A stretch of DNA of 64,000 nt from an uncultured virus (IMG/VR IMGVR_UViG_3300010883_000002) (taxonomy: Duplodnaviria > Heunggongvirae > Uroviricota > Caudoviricetes). Positions within the stretch are counted from its first letter, which is position 1; each line of letters opens with the position of its first letter. Positions 38,001 to 46,859 of the stretch are shown here, piece after piece. The notes beneath the pieces are model-generated. The model searched no databases. It had not been told where the DNA came from and saw only the letters and a program-made list of their open reading frames with translations. The translations under genes were made by a program, and so were the position numbers. The stretch lies in the IMG/VR virus record IMGVR_UViG_3300010883_000002. The stretch is one strand, 5' to 3'.

Positions 38001-41000
38001 GTTATCAGACAATCTGTGTTCCTTACGGACAAACGACACTTAAACTTGAATATCGAGCGTGTGAGGGCGATTGGAAAGAGTGCTGGTCATCTGGCGAGCT
38101 AGAAATCGAAGATTGTTGTGAGATTGATTGTGACACGGTTAACGGTCCAATTGCGTGGACGGTAACTGCACCAACGAATGCAGAAGAGGCTTGTTGTGAT
38201 GTTAACGACGGACAGATTCTTAAAACAACGTTCTTCGACAAGCACCTACAGGATGGCGTACTTAATTGTGGCGATAAGATTGATGGGGATACATCAGGAT
38301 CAGACCTCAACAGCCCATCCAACTGGTATAATTGTACAGGCGGCACAGCAGAAGACGGTCAGTGCTATACAATCCAAGCCGATGATACATTGGGTTGGTG
38401 GTGGACAGCGCCCGGTCTTGATTGTGCTTGCTGGAAGTTTGTTCTAGAAGATCAAAACGGTAATCCACTTGCAGAGTGGCTATTGGCTAATACTATGCCA
38501 AGCTCTCCCTCAGCGGAACCACCGTTCCTTAATCTTTGTCTACCAACAGATCAAGAAAATATGGTGCTGTCATATCAGTACAGCGAAGACGGTGGAGCAA
38601 CTTGGCAATCTTGTTGGTCGGAAACAATTTCGACTGGAGATTGCTGTGAAATTGACTGCGGCGATTATTTCGTCACGGGGGCGGCGACCAATCTTGACAT
38701 TGTATGGACAGCCGATGGATGTTGTGATGATACAAACATTGCAGACTGTAGCGGAACGGCAAATGAAGATGGTGAGTGTGCCACAGTTGACTTCTCCGTA
38801 AAAAGTGGAATGGAATTGTGTGAGGCAGTAACTTGGCATGTTGAACTCTGGAACGACTGGACTGGTACACCCCAACTCGTGGATGTTCTTTATACAAGTT
38901 TAACTCCAGAAGACTCTATTAGTTTCAATGAAACACGATGTTTGGCTCAAGGTCAGTACGGGCTGGTGGTTACTTTAACAGATTCGACAGGAGTAGTTAT
39001 TTGTAATCAAGTGGCGATTCCTAGTTCCACTCACAACACAGCACAATGTTGTAATTGCGAACTATCGCTTGAAATCTTGGGATCAAAATATATTGTTAAC
39101 GACCCGAATCAGTCAAATTGGGTTGCGAACTGCACCAACGCCGAAGCAGAGTGTTGTTGTCTCGTTCTTGCAGATATTAAACATTATGGAACTGAGTACG
39201 ATCCTCTCGGTGGCTCAACGGTTAGTCTTCAAGACCCATGTGATGAATTCACCGACGCACCTGTCGCACTGCTTCCCGGCAGATGTGTCAAAGTAGCTCA
39301 CGGTACAGATTGTTCCAATGACCCAGCCACTCCCGGTGGATTGTATTGGAAGATCGAAATGAACCGACGTTACTTCGGCTTGCAGGGCGCTCCTGAACAG
39401 TTCCAATGGAAATACGATCCTGCTGCTGGTTTTGGCACAGACCATACCTGTCAAGGACCGTGTGGTGACAATACTTTTCCAAATGGACAAGGCAACGACG
39501 ATCAGCTTGCATTCATTGATGGCTTGAAGCCTCCCACATGGATTTTGACTGGTGTTTCGGGAACTCCATTATGGAAGCCAGAAAATGATATTGCTTATGC
39601 TCCGAACCCAGTGCAAGTTGGTAATGCTCCCGATTGGAATCATTGCCTAGTTCCACCACAGGTTATAACAATTAATGGACAACCTGTCTGGTATCAGTGG
39701 GAAATTACGCTAGTTGGATATACCGACGTGACCATGAACAACATTTTCTGTTGTGAAAAGGTTATCTGGACTGCTGACGGTGTTGCAGGAAGTAACTACC
39801 CCAACGACCCCGGTTGTGTTCCCGGTGACAATGTTTATGCCGACCTCCCTAACAATGGTAGTGGTGAGTGCATACCCAATAATAACTTCGCTTTCGCATT
39901 CTCTGACAACGTACAGATGGATGAGCTTACAGAAGTCTTCATTGATGTTCTAGGTGATCCCACCACAGGCTATTCTCAATTCTCGACAGATAACATGGCG
40001 AATTGGAATCCAGCAGGTGTTGCTGACCTAATGGACAGTAGTGGCACTGGATATAATTTCATTAACATCGCAGATGTAACAGCGCCGACTGATGGTAATG
40101 TATATATTGTTGCAGCCAATGGTTCATCATTGAGTGGATACTCAAACCCACTTAACAGACCAGTGTTTAGTTATACTAATACTGGCGGTGCCGCAAACGG
40201 ACCCGATACATTCAATTATAAAATTAATAATGGTGTGACGACGGGCGACAGCTTAGAAAGTAATGAAGCTTGTATAACAATTAATCTTATGGTTAATACA
40301 GCATTATATGGTGATTGTTGGACCAACGTTGTTGTCTTCCACAGAGATGACGGCTCATTCGGTGGACAAGGTACGGCGCAGGTTCTTGGTGGTGCTGGTA
40401 GTCAATTAGTAATTGAATACTCGGCTTCACTCGGTGGCTCCGGTGGCGGCAACGCTCCCGTCCTTCATCAAATTGTATGCAAGGGTGGTGCTGACTTCAT
40501 CGACACCGATCCAAACGCATTGGGTTTCCAATGGACCGATGATAGCTTTGTAGAGTTTGATGGACGAGACAATTTACAGAATCCGTGGACATTCAAACTT
40601 GCAAATTATGAATATGAAAACAATGCTTGGGATAACAACGTAACACCGGGCGGTCCACCGCCTGCGGCATGGGTCGATTCTGCTCACGGAAATCCCGATC
40701 ACACGAACTATGACGGCAAAAAGACCTATGCAAGAGTTTATAGTTTCAAGATAGATACTTATTTGGGCACAGCTTCCAATGAAGTTACGTTTAGATGGGA
40801 ACCAGATCCGGCTTGGTGTTGCTTGCCAATCTCTTCGGGTGGTATGTCAGATATGCCTCACGGTGGACACAAGTGTGCTCCCGGTAATGCTGAGGTTGAT
40901 ACACTCTCCAACGAAGGCTTTGGCTCTTACTTTATGACAAGCGTTCCACCAGAAGGCGGGGTGAATATCTTTGGAAATTATAGAACTTCTGGACCGGATT

Positions 41001-41842
41001 GTTGTGAGGGTGACGGTGGATGGGGTCAATTCCCAAGCGGCACTGAGATGGGAACATCCATTCTAGCAATGCCCAACATGGGAGTTATGGTAGTTAATTC
41101 AATTGGACAGATCGAAACAGGGCTGGCACATGGTTACAGCGTAACGGCTGGCGAGACTGTACCTAATTATGGCACCAATCCCACACCCAATGGATGCAAC
41201 GGCATTCCCGGTACGGGATACTGCAACGGCGTAATGAGTGCCATGTGGAGTGCGAACCCCTTCCGCTATCTATCAGGACGTGGTAGTGACGGATACATGT
41301 TTGGTACTCCCAATGGTGTAGCAATGATAGAAACTAAATATATCAGCGACCGTTGTGACCAAATAGGTGATTGTAGCACCGAACCTTGTCCAGATGGCAC
41401 CCTGACGGGACTATACCAAGAGCCGTGGATGCTGCCTCTTTATGTGCAAGATGCACCAGAGGCAGGACAGGTGGCGTTTATTAACTGTCCAGCACCACAG
41501 AACGGGGCTAGTGATGATACATATACAGTTGACGCACCGGGTGGTGTATCAGGTAACTCAACTGATCTGATGGTTCTTCAGAATGATTTCATTGCCAACT
41601 ATGGAACTAACCCGAACGACGGAAGTTCAGTACAAATTTATATCCAGAATGCACCCACTTTGGGCGGTGTCCTGACCGTTAACGGCAATGACCCAAATGG
41701 ATATGATAATTATATTACATACACAAGTGCTGCGGGGTCGGGCGGTCTGCAAGACACTTTCACATATATGGTGATAAGGTCTAATGGTCCAAACCCACAG
41801 AACAGTAATGTTGCAACTGTAACTGTTAATATATCGACATAA
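32093..41842 (+). CDS. Giant Cys/Asp/Gly-rich protein with C-terminal Ig-like (Big_9-like) domains; probably structural or surface
   Basis: 3249-aa open frame; many CC and CxxC; ASDDTYTV...VLQND...ITYT...DTFTY...ATVTVNI; start uncertain (TTG 32093 or ATG 32132). Confidence 0.75.
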   Translation: MAGICSKRGKRKLMYIEGLVEDLNGLQGDLDNSLPSLHPCQREIVRAVLEILKYSFGKVSETNFGCCQDICLATTCWDLPEGYDTAKLQDDVAFIISLSNIGFTKGGAKPSGNLAEWWDSNDQQLTKGILDCISDAVLGLLGSEGLDILDETDPAAAKTAQALLAAVLFLVFGDPVIILHNSQGLLSDDNLEVLLNDAIKNLAESLGGTPVAYQELLMDLDLYNDDPTDLSATNFTPERFRDVIRWLLQDFQYSINQVHDLKLEEEGDGSGEDPCPDNQFGIRFPSWPGFLWMLANVTVGVFGGAAWGILVKKRWSEEQSQSETNECGGGAFPPIGINDINHPAWMDNFSAPSHPFADQAFRVSEIHAHHITGSPTALESLTIQFNQPVHYNAPNTVVEYSYDNGATWNGAIVTNAYNLPTDFFNVTLSDANGNPIAQGPNGWHLRINIFGATSADGTEMIPWTDTWTSVGVGREDYFIGLSGDEGMRVAHPYNDELSEWLLGTCRCSEKTFNLGIDQFTGLDDPDWIAQGNDPEGELTTSYFVVEYDNQIYYTTVGDFVLGQDGHVYWNGEDAYTGLGLEIRLQGFNDGNPSNCEDELSGTLEAIQLTDLCCELEIDECGKIYCCKDNKPCLQGQIALACFIGDLDCGLDLHCGVLFEDLCIPNENSGEANIGTPCAQCHPALNPHEVIEGETYSNVMLLTEYFIGAYEQYFGDDFKVIFAAIGATGLLNKKTADFCGFLHPDAMCTPFLEKFVCQIIMSQCETECIEVEAHGKIDDQPHPRWVDKHAALVVAGELASFSNPFQAVFDGVIYSGNGPPSINFIQQNPENEMAAFTVNGDHLVAAINNTGGPPTPNSIILNINERPIGATLPTINGEEVYYMFYDAQLGRAFTVSDQQHASPNDISSQPFFPLTNVVNISGSSFNGLMFSPFLPDYYYALQPISFTGGGGGIVELNRILLRADGENVRRGFQIYNDGEQRCLVWNPDFGDPNNCQDCAGLPNPGDTATILYVLDADSAPSSLPDDECGQDANNSSPFLGSEPCANQKICVGDACCIWIKEDGTVMADGTKVGTVGIVTDYGSAFDDSTTPAGMKIGGHPNWENHNNFPCLWASLNYGNGTQAGPVYWDVYDFLIKEPKDTDVILHHDPDGQPFLDCQEPNALRNWFAGPDGWQLPLAIFDADPDNPTGHNCCPKTFTICDCTYPIPEWLNEWFDKYCCYLYLKLPYDPCNPNDCMRYTREEQIMLVTALWDLVEAFLNSTPFGIAFGFKDWPNSMTRYLNVIPFGKQLIPNLNDTFGGWEVGCVPEPIELVLPCTGEVCVDCCEWMCECCDPCADEEEGSGSGSGEEPCGDNNNCDCCDCAVGVWKQPVSGGDCGDGDCAGYPLGAVVHYPDEDSDCYVSLIGCEPNGGNYEPIFITVSGEQVLNAEAWEPCPSTYPECPANIELDAGCCCVFGEGSTELVGDIYYLTTGCSSEIVDGEQYIDGQCLEICTDAEAPCPNDWRYKICHEYEDMDGNGQQQQQNRMAMDVIGPITRDTATGLMDVNDFLSLESLMELNNAFITGMQSQQRDALYALNDFSYGPIDRKLDSGLKASTINAMRRVAGDMHLREQLVKAGLEGNRSANMHVDPEEICVYVNAGEQQKKPDSCISVCLPTSAPSFGTTTEWEVTLQFLNKQGEWEDCGTDLVCLCCVNICDEVDFEVSLNGPQGEALVEKCCVIGAAGQMGLSGAWATSQSAAVNWNLIVKDDNGMLCLVNKLPADSNPPTFLNGAMKVTLEPSTLGNSKLMWNNTNDLGGAYNNGDKYALQGFDLDPITGLVVGGLKALEVNLLETGGTDFVDDCGEFRRLTFDQQGFPTGDVPYQQVAFWDTLGNTPLCGTVNGITTNYMYADICVPQGGSATGDSSICASVGNVFEMLVPEYNECPENEEGNGKCLTISGPIDRDLLPLCAEYRWSVNDSLYYGYSWEALEFGYQTICVPYGQTTLKLEYRACEGDWKECWSSGELEIEDCCEIDCDTVNGPIAWTVTAPTNAEEACCDVNDGQILKTTFFDKHLQDGVLNCGDKIDGDTSGSDLNSPSNWYNCTGGTAEDGQCYTIQADDTLGWWWTAPGLDCACWKFVLEDQNGNPLAEWLLANTMPSSPSAEPPFLNLCLPTDQENMVLSYQYSEDGGATWQSCWSETISTGDCCEIDCGDYFVTGAATNLDIVWTADGCCDDTNIADCSGTANEDGECATVDFSVKSGMELCEAVTWHVELWNDWTGTPQLVDVLYTSLTPEDSISFNETRCLAQGQYGLVVTLTDSTGVVICNQVAIPSSTHNTAQCCNCELSLEILGSKYIVNDPNQSNWVANCTNAEAECCCLVLADIKHYGTEYDPLGGSTVSLQDPCDEFTDAPVALLPGRCVKVAHGTDCSNDPATPGGLYWKIEMNRRYFGLQGAPEQFQWKYDPAAGFGTDHTCQGPCGDNTFPNGQGNDDQLAFIDGLKPPTWILTGVSGTPLWKPENDIAYAPNPVQVGNAPDWNHCLVPPQVITINGQPVWYQWEITLVGYTDVTMNNIFCCEKVIWTADGVAGSNYPNDPGCVPGDNVYADLPNNGSGECIPNNNFAFAFSDNVQMDELTEVFIDVLGDPTTGYSQFSTDNMANWNPAGVADLMDSSGTGYNFINIADVTAPTDGNVYIVAANGSSLSGYSNPLNRPVFSYTNTGGAANGPDTFNYKINNGVTTGDSLESNEACITINLMVNTALYGDCWTNVVVFHRDDGSFGGQGTAQVLGGAGSQLVIEYSASLGGSGGGNAPVLHQIVCKGGADFIDTDPNALGFQWTDDSFVEFDGRDNLQNPWTFKLANYEYENNAWDNNVTPGGPPPAAWVDSAHGNPDHTNYDGKKTYARVYSFKIDTYLGTASNEVTFRWEPDPAWCCLPISSGGMSDMPHGGHKCAPGNAEVDTLSNEGFGSYFMTSVPPEGGVNIFGNYRTSGPDCCEGDGGWGQFPSGTEMGTSILAMPNMGVMVVNSIGQIETGLAHGYSVTAGETVPNYGTNPTPNGCNGIPGTGYCNGVMSAMWSANPFRYLSGRGSDGYMFGTPNGVAMIETKYISDRCDQIGDCSTEPCPDGTLTGLYQEPWMLPLYVQDAPEAGQVAFINCPAPQNGASDDTYTVDAPGGVSGNSTDLMVLQNDFIANYGTNPNDGSSVQIYIQNAPTLGGVLTVNGNDPNGYDNYITYTSAAGSGGLQDTFTYMVIRSNGPNPQNSNVATVTVNIST

Positions 41843-41851
41843 GGAGCTAAC

Positions 41852-42112
41852 ATGATTGATTTAGATTCGATGACCAGAAGATTTCTTTTAGATGAAAGCA
41901 AGTCTGCTCCTTCGCTCAGAAGTTACGTCCAAGCATTGGGGGAAATTATAAATAACCTCAATCCACGGAGTCAAACTGAGTCACGAAGAATTGAAATTGC
42001 GAAGAGTCATTTGAAAGAAATCAAAAGACATTCTAGAAAATTAGAAGAAAAACTCCAAACACTTGAGGAAAAACTTGCTATACTAGAGGAACATAAAGAG
42101 GATGCACAATAA
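41852..42112 (+). CDS. Small coiled-coil protein
   Basis: AAGGAG SD; heptad-rich C-terminus. Confidence 0.65.
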   Translation: MIDLDSMTRRFLLDESKSAPSLRSYVQALGEIINNLNPRSQTESRRIEIAKSHLKEIKRHSRKLEEKLQTLEEKLAILEEHKEDAQ

Positions 42113-45054
42113 TGGCAACACGATTATTCTTATTGACCGAAGGTGGTGTGGCTGGTCACATGTCTCATCTCTACGAACAGGGAGAAATGACATTTGCAAA
42201 GCTCAAGGAAATCTTTACGGCTGCTTCTAACGGAGAGTTAGAAGGCACAGAAAAAACAGACGGTCAGAATCTCTTCATTTCTTATTCAGTGCAACGTGGC
42301 GTTGCTGTCGCAGCTAGGGGCAAGGGAAATATTAAAGCTGGTGGTTTGAACGCAGAAGAGCTTGCTTCAAAGTTTGAAGGGCGAGGAAATCTCGCAGATG
42401 CCTTCAACGACTCCTTTGCTACGTTTGAAAAGGCTGTACGAAGCCTAGATCCCAAAACACAGCTTCAGATTTTTGGCGAGGACGCTGAGGTTTATTATAA
42501 TGCTGAGGTGATGGACCCACGTTCTCCAAACGTTGTTAATTACGATACAAAATCTTTAGTAATTCATCAAGTTGGTCATGGCGAGTTTGATAAAGCTACG
42601 GGGAACAAAACCGAGAAGGATGTTTCTAAACATGCGAAGGTTCTCTCCGGTGCTTTAGAAAGAATGCAAGAAGTAACCGCAGATGATGAATATACGGTAC
42701 ACATCAATGCTATCAGACAGCTTGAAGCTCTTGAAGACGACGTGGCGCTTCACGACGCTCTAGAAGCCATTGATAAGGTCGCTGGAAGCGTCGGTTTATC
42801 GGATAGTGCGACTGTCAGTGAATATTTGGTCGGTCGTTTGGCACCAGTGGTTGAACAAGCTGTACCAGAAGCCGAGGAAGAGACACACAAACTAATTTTA
42901 CAAAGATTATTAGGCGCTGGAGTCACCTTAACAGATATTGTCAAGGGGATGAAAGATAAAGAATTAAAAAACAAGATTCGTGCGGTTGTTAAGAAAGAAA
43001 AACAACTTTTAACGCAAGCAGTGGCACCATTGGAATTAATTGTCCATGAGTTTGGCGTTGAGATGCTAAAATCAATGGAAAGCGCCTTTATCCTTGACAA
43101 CAATAAAGAATCAGAACGCTTAAGGGCAGAAACCAGACAGGCTATCAATGGTATCAAGAAATTAGCTGATTCTGGTAATGAATCTGCGATTAATCTATTA
43201 AAGAAGCACCTTGAAAAACTAAAAGACATTGAATCTGCTCCAATCTCAACCTCAGAAGGTTTTGTTTTTGATTATGATGGACAAACATTCAAATTTACAG
43301 GGAACTTTGCTCCGATTAATCAACTTCTAGGAGTTTTTAAATATGGAAGGGGTGACATTCCAGCATCAATACAAGAAGAGGGTGAAAATGTAGAAACTGC
43401 CGATCAGTTATTTGAAGGCTCTTCACAATTCGATGTTGCTGTAGTGCCGGGGGCTTTCAAGCCTCCACACCGAGGACACCTTGCCATGATTGGCGAGTAT
43501 GCTAAAATTTCAGAAAGAGTTATTGTTTTTATGTCGCCTTTGGCAAGGGATTTACCGGATGGGCGACAGATGACCTTTGATATGGCTTTCCAATTGTGGG
43601 ATGCATATTTAGGATCTGCTGGGCTTGATAATGTTAAGGTTTTAGAGTCTCCTGTTAATTCTCCGGTTGGTGCATCATTTAAATTTGTTGCAAACGAAGA
43701 GGAAAACCCTGATTGGGCACAACCCGGTGAAAAAGTTGTCCTTGCTTCAAGCACAAAGGGTGGAGATGACTCTAGATTTGGAGACAAGGTTCAGAAGTAT
43801 GCCAGAGAGGGCGTCACAGTGGTCGCTAAGGCTGTGGAAGTCAAGGGTGATGCATTTGTTGATACCAGAACAGGTGAGCCTCTAAGCGCCTCTACGATGC
43901 GTCAGGCTATAGCCAACAGAGATATGGAAACATTCATTGAGTACATTCCTGATGGTCTTAGAAACAATGCCGAAGAGCTTATGAACAAACTAACTCCAGA
44001 AGAAGCCGAGGCAGTATCAGAAATGATTATCAGGCTTATTAATGAAGGTTTAGAAGAGTGTGGTACAATGGCTGCGGGTGGAATTTCACTATCTGTTGGA
44101 ACTGGTTCTACAAACACTACTAATGTGTGGGACGATGATGAGGACGAGGACGAATATGAAGACTTACAAGAATTTATGGGTGGAGACGACAGTTCAGTAA
44201 TAAAGATTAAATCTTTAAACATACCCAGAAGTGAGATGCCACAAATCAAGTCTACTGATATGCAAGACTTTAGAGATTGGTTAGAATCTCAAGGAGTCGA
44301 TTCTAATGAACGTGAGGTTCCTTGCACAAAGTTAATGGCAATTCAAAGCGAAATTAATACAGATAAAATTAATGGTATGCTCAAAGCCAAAACAATTGAA
44401 GAATTGTCTCACTCTAAGCCCGTTTTATCTTCAAGTGATGGTTATCTTATCGACGGACACCACAGGTGGTTTGCTTTAAGGGTAGACGATCAGTCAAACA
44501 CTATTTCAACCATACAAGTTAATCTAAATATTAATGAGCTACTTAAGTTAGCACATGAATATCCAAAGGTTAGTTACAAGTCAACTGTTGAAGAAATGAT
44601 TATGAAAGAAGTTTTAAAAAATATATTTGAAGCACCTTATGAAAATTTCAAAGGCAACCAGCAGGTAATTAAAGTTGGAAGCGTTATTTTAGATATTGAA
44701 GATTTATCTCTGGAACCTACAAAGCATGGGGAAGAACGTAGATTTAGACACCAGCAACAAAGCGGTAAAGGACATAAAATATCAAAAGAAGCAATTGTTT
44801 CGGCTGTTGATCGTGCAATGGGACTAATTATGAATGACTACGCAAACGGAGAGATCGCAAACGGAGAAGCATTCCACATTAGAATGAAAGGGAAGTCGAG
44901 AGATGTACCAGCACTTAATGTTATCGCTGCTCTAGAAATGAAAAAAGGTCCAGACACCATGAAAGTAATTACAGTAATGAGAAAAGACGAATTTAAGACC
45001 GATAATTTCGGTAGCGGCGGTCAAAAAACATATAACGTCGGCATGGGAGCTTAA
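42112..45054 (+). CDS. Multi-domain enzyme: ligase-like KxDG nucleotidyltransferase + HxGH cytidylyltransferase-like + ParB/Srx-like + C-terminal RNase-like domain
   Basis: GHMSHLYE/EKTDGQN/EGFVF/FKFTG; PGAFKPPHRGH...SASTMR; IDGHHRW; C-terminal HGEERR...KVITVMRK (weakest call). Confidence 0.75.
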   Translation: MATRLFLLTEGGVAGHMSHLYEQGEMTFAKLKEIFTAASNGELEGTEKTDGQNLFISYSVQRGVAVAARGKGNIKAGGLNAEELASKFEGRGNLADAFNDSFATFEKAVRSLDPKTQLQIFGEDAEVYYNAEVMDPRSPNVVNYDTKSLVIHQVGHGEFDKATGNKTEKDVSKHAKVLSGALERMQEVTADDEYTVHINAIRQLEALEDDVALHDALEAIDKVAGSVGLSDSATVSEYLVGRLAPVVEQAVPEAEEETHKLILQRLLGAGVTLTDIVKGMKDKELKNKIRAVVKKEKQLLTQAVAPLELIVHEFGVEMLKSMESAFILDNNKESERLRAETRQAINGIKKLADSGNESAINLLKKHLEKLKDIESAPISTSEGFVFDYDGQTFKFTGNFAPINQLLGVFKYGRGDIPASIQEEGENVETADQLFEGSSQFDVAVVPGAFKPPHRGHLAMIGEYAKISERVIVFMSPLARDLPDGRQMTFDMAFQLWDAYLGSAGLDNVKVLESPVNSPVGASFKFVANEEENPDWAQPGEKVVLASSTKGGDDSRFGDKVQKYAREGVTVVAKAVEVKGDAFVDTRTGEPLSASTMRQAIANRDMETFIEYIPDGLRNNAEELMNKLTPEEAEAVSEMIIRLINEGLEECGTMAAGGISLSVGTGSTNTTNVWDDDEDEDEYEDLQEFMGGDDSSVIKIKSLNIPRSEMPQIKSTDMQDFRDWLESQGVDSNEREVPCTKLMAIQSEINTDKINGMLKAKTIEELSHSKPVLSSSDGYLIDGHHRWFALRVDDQSNTISTIQVNLNINELLKLAHEYPKVSYKSTVEEMIMKEVLKNIFEAPYENFKGNQQVIKVGSVILDIEDLSLEPTKHGEERRFRHQQQSGKGHKISKEAIVSAVDRAMGLIMNDYANGEIANGEAFHIRMKGKSRDVPALNVIAALEMKKGPDTMKVITVMRKDEFKTDNFGSGGQKTYNVGMGA

Positions 45055-45058
45055 ACAA

Positions 45059-46087
45059 GTGTTAATTAATAGAAGTAATTTGATTCAAGAAGAGAGATTG
45101 CGTATTTTTATCAGAAAAGCCATTGGTGTAGTTTCAGAAGGTAGAACTCAAGAGCTTTCGGAAAATGAAAGCAAGCTCAGGAAATATATTAGAATTTTAA
45201 TTGAAGCTGAGGATAAAATACCGCATCGTTCCACTGGAATCAACGTACTGGAGGATTTACTTAAAAAGATCATTCCTCAACTAGAACAAGACTTCAAAAA
45301 GCTAACAACTGACCCACAACAAAGAGATTCTTTCAGAACTCATATTATCAACGCAGTTCAGAATACTTTAGCACCTACAAAGGTGTCACAAGACGCTGGA
45401 GCAGGAGCAGAAGATAAAAAAATTGATATTGCGCTTGAAGAGGCTGAAATTGAAATGGATGTTGGTTCAGAAGCAGACAGTGTAGGAGATGAAGAAGCTT
45501 TTATTGATATTGAGAAAGATGGAGCAGGGTCAGAAGAAGAAGCCCCACCAGAAGAAGAATTTGGTCTTTCTGGGGAAGATGAGACAGGTAGGAACATGGC
45601 ATTCCAAGCTTTTGAGAAAGTGGAGAAGGCAATTATTGATTCTTACGGTCTTTTGTCTAACGACGAGGATCGAGAACTGTTTTATGATTATCTCGTAACG
45701 AACCTTAAGCTTTATTTTGATAAATTTGAGACTGAGCTTCAAAGTGCTATTCCAGAACCAGCAGCGCCAGAAGGTACAGGCTATGAAGACGCTAAGGCTG
45801 ATATGGAAGCTGGTATCGAGGGTGGTGAAGAAGGTGAAGACCTTGGAGATGAAGAAGAAGAGGGTGGTTTAGATGATTTAGCACTACAAGAGGGCTTCGG
45901 TCTTACTAAACAACATATGGTAAATTTAGGACTCGACTTTGATATGGTGAAGGGTGGCTTTTTCGATCAACTCCAGATTGCTGCTGAAAGCAAGGGTCCA
46001 TCCAGTGTCGCACAAAAAATTGCGAATGCCATACAGAAAGATCCAAGTTTGGCAAAAGACCCAAGTGGTCTTCTAGGAATGGTCTAG
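45059..46087 (+). CDS. Acidic putative head/scaffold-associated protein
   Basis: LIQEERLRIFIRKAI, LRKYIRILIE motifs; acidic. Confidence 0.6.
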   Translation: MLINRSNLIQEERLRIFIRKAIGVVSEGRTQELSENESKLRKYIRILIEAEDKIPHRSTGINVLEDLLKKIIPQLEQDFKKLTTDPQQRDSFRTHIINAVQNTLAPTKVSQDAGAGAEDKKIDIALEEAEIEMDVGSEADSVGDEEAFIDIEKDGAGSEEEAPPEEEFGLSGEDETGRNMAFQAFEKVEKAIIDSYGLLSNDEDRELFYDYLVTNLKLYFDKFETELQSAIPEPAAPEGTGYEDAKADMEAGIEGGEEGEDLGDEEEEGGLDDLALQEGFGLTKQHMVNLGLDFDMVKGGFFDQLQIAAESKGPSSVAQKIANAIQKDPSLAKDPSGLLGMV

Positions 46088-46228
46088 CGATGGGTAATAG
46101 ATTTTTACTAGAAGATGGAATTTAAACTTTTTTGAAACTATTTATAAAAAGAATCGTAAAAGCTTAACATTTGGTATAAAAGTATGCTACAATGATATTA
46201 TAAGCAATTGCTTAGGAGGAACGACAAA

Positions 46229-46459
46229 ATGCCAGTACGAAGTACAAGAAACCGAAAACGAAGAGCACTAGCAGAAAGGCTAGAAGCCTTGACAGGACGA
46301 AGTTCTAAAGGCACTGTTAAATCAGAGCCTAAAGAAGAAGTAGAAACAAGTCAGGTTGAAGTTGAAGAAGAGGTTTCACCCAAGAAGGAAACTAAAAAGA
46401 AGTCTTCTAAAAAGAAGAGGTCAGAAGAGTTGTCAGAAGAAAGTTCTTCTGAAGAGTAA
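46229..46459 (+). CDS. Small charged low-complexity protein
   Basis: AGGAGG SD before ATG 46229; CTATTTA at 46138. Confidence 0.6.
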   Translation: MPVRSTRNRKRRALAERLEALTGRSSKGTVKSEPKEEVETSQVEVEEEVSPKKETKKKSSKKKRSEELSEESSSEE

Positions 46460-46477
46460 AATAAATTAATTTATTAC

Positions 46478-46506
46478 TTGACAAACTGACCAAAATAGGC
46501 TATATT
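46478..46506 (+). promoter_or_regulatory. sigma70 promoter of the tmRNA operon
   Basis: TTGACA-N17-TATATT. Confidence 0.75.
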
Positions 46507-46535
46507 GTAGTTATTGAATCTTAACTTAAACAAAG

Positions 46536-46859
46536 GTGAGTAAAATGGCAATTAAGCCGGAATTATATCAAAAAATCGGTGAGGATCTAGGTCAACTTGT
46601 TAGCGAAAAAAACAGAGCCTATGGCGATAGTTTTAACAAAGCACAAGAAGTCATTAAGGTACTCTATCCTGACGGCATTAAGCCGGAACAATATCGAGAC
46701 ATGCTAGCAATTGTGAGAGTTATAGACAAGCTCTTTCGTATTGCTAATAATAAAGATGCCTTTGGTGAGTCTCCGTGGGGAGATATTGCCGGGTATTCTA
46801 TTTTGGGTATAGCTAATGACATGGATCAAACGAAAGAAAAGTTACAAGGGAAAGAATAA
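46536..46859 (+). CDS. Nucleotide-modification-associated (Nmad1/DUF1599-like) protein
   Basis: EKNRAYGDSF...RVIDKLFRI...DIAGYSIL. Confidence 0.7.
   Translation: MSKMAIKPELYQKIGEDLGQLVSEKNRAYGDSFNKAQEVIKVLYPDGIKPEQYRDMLAIVRVIDKLFRIANNKDAFGESPWGDIAGYSILGIANDMDQTKEKLQGKE

Noticed and set aside
24748..41842. Eukaryotic or giant-virus origin of the Cys-rich ORFs
   Set aside because: Contiguous with SD-led, overlap-coupled phage genes and the same upstream motif; no introns evident.
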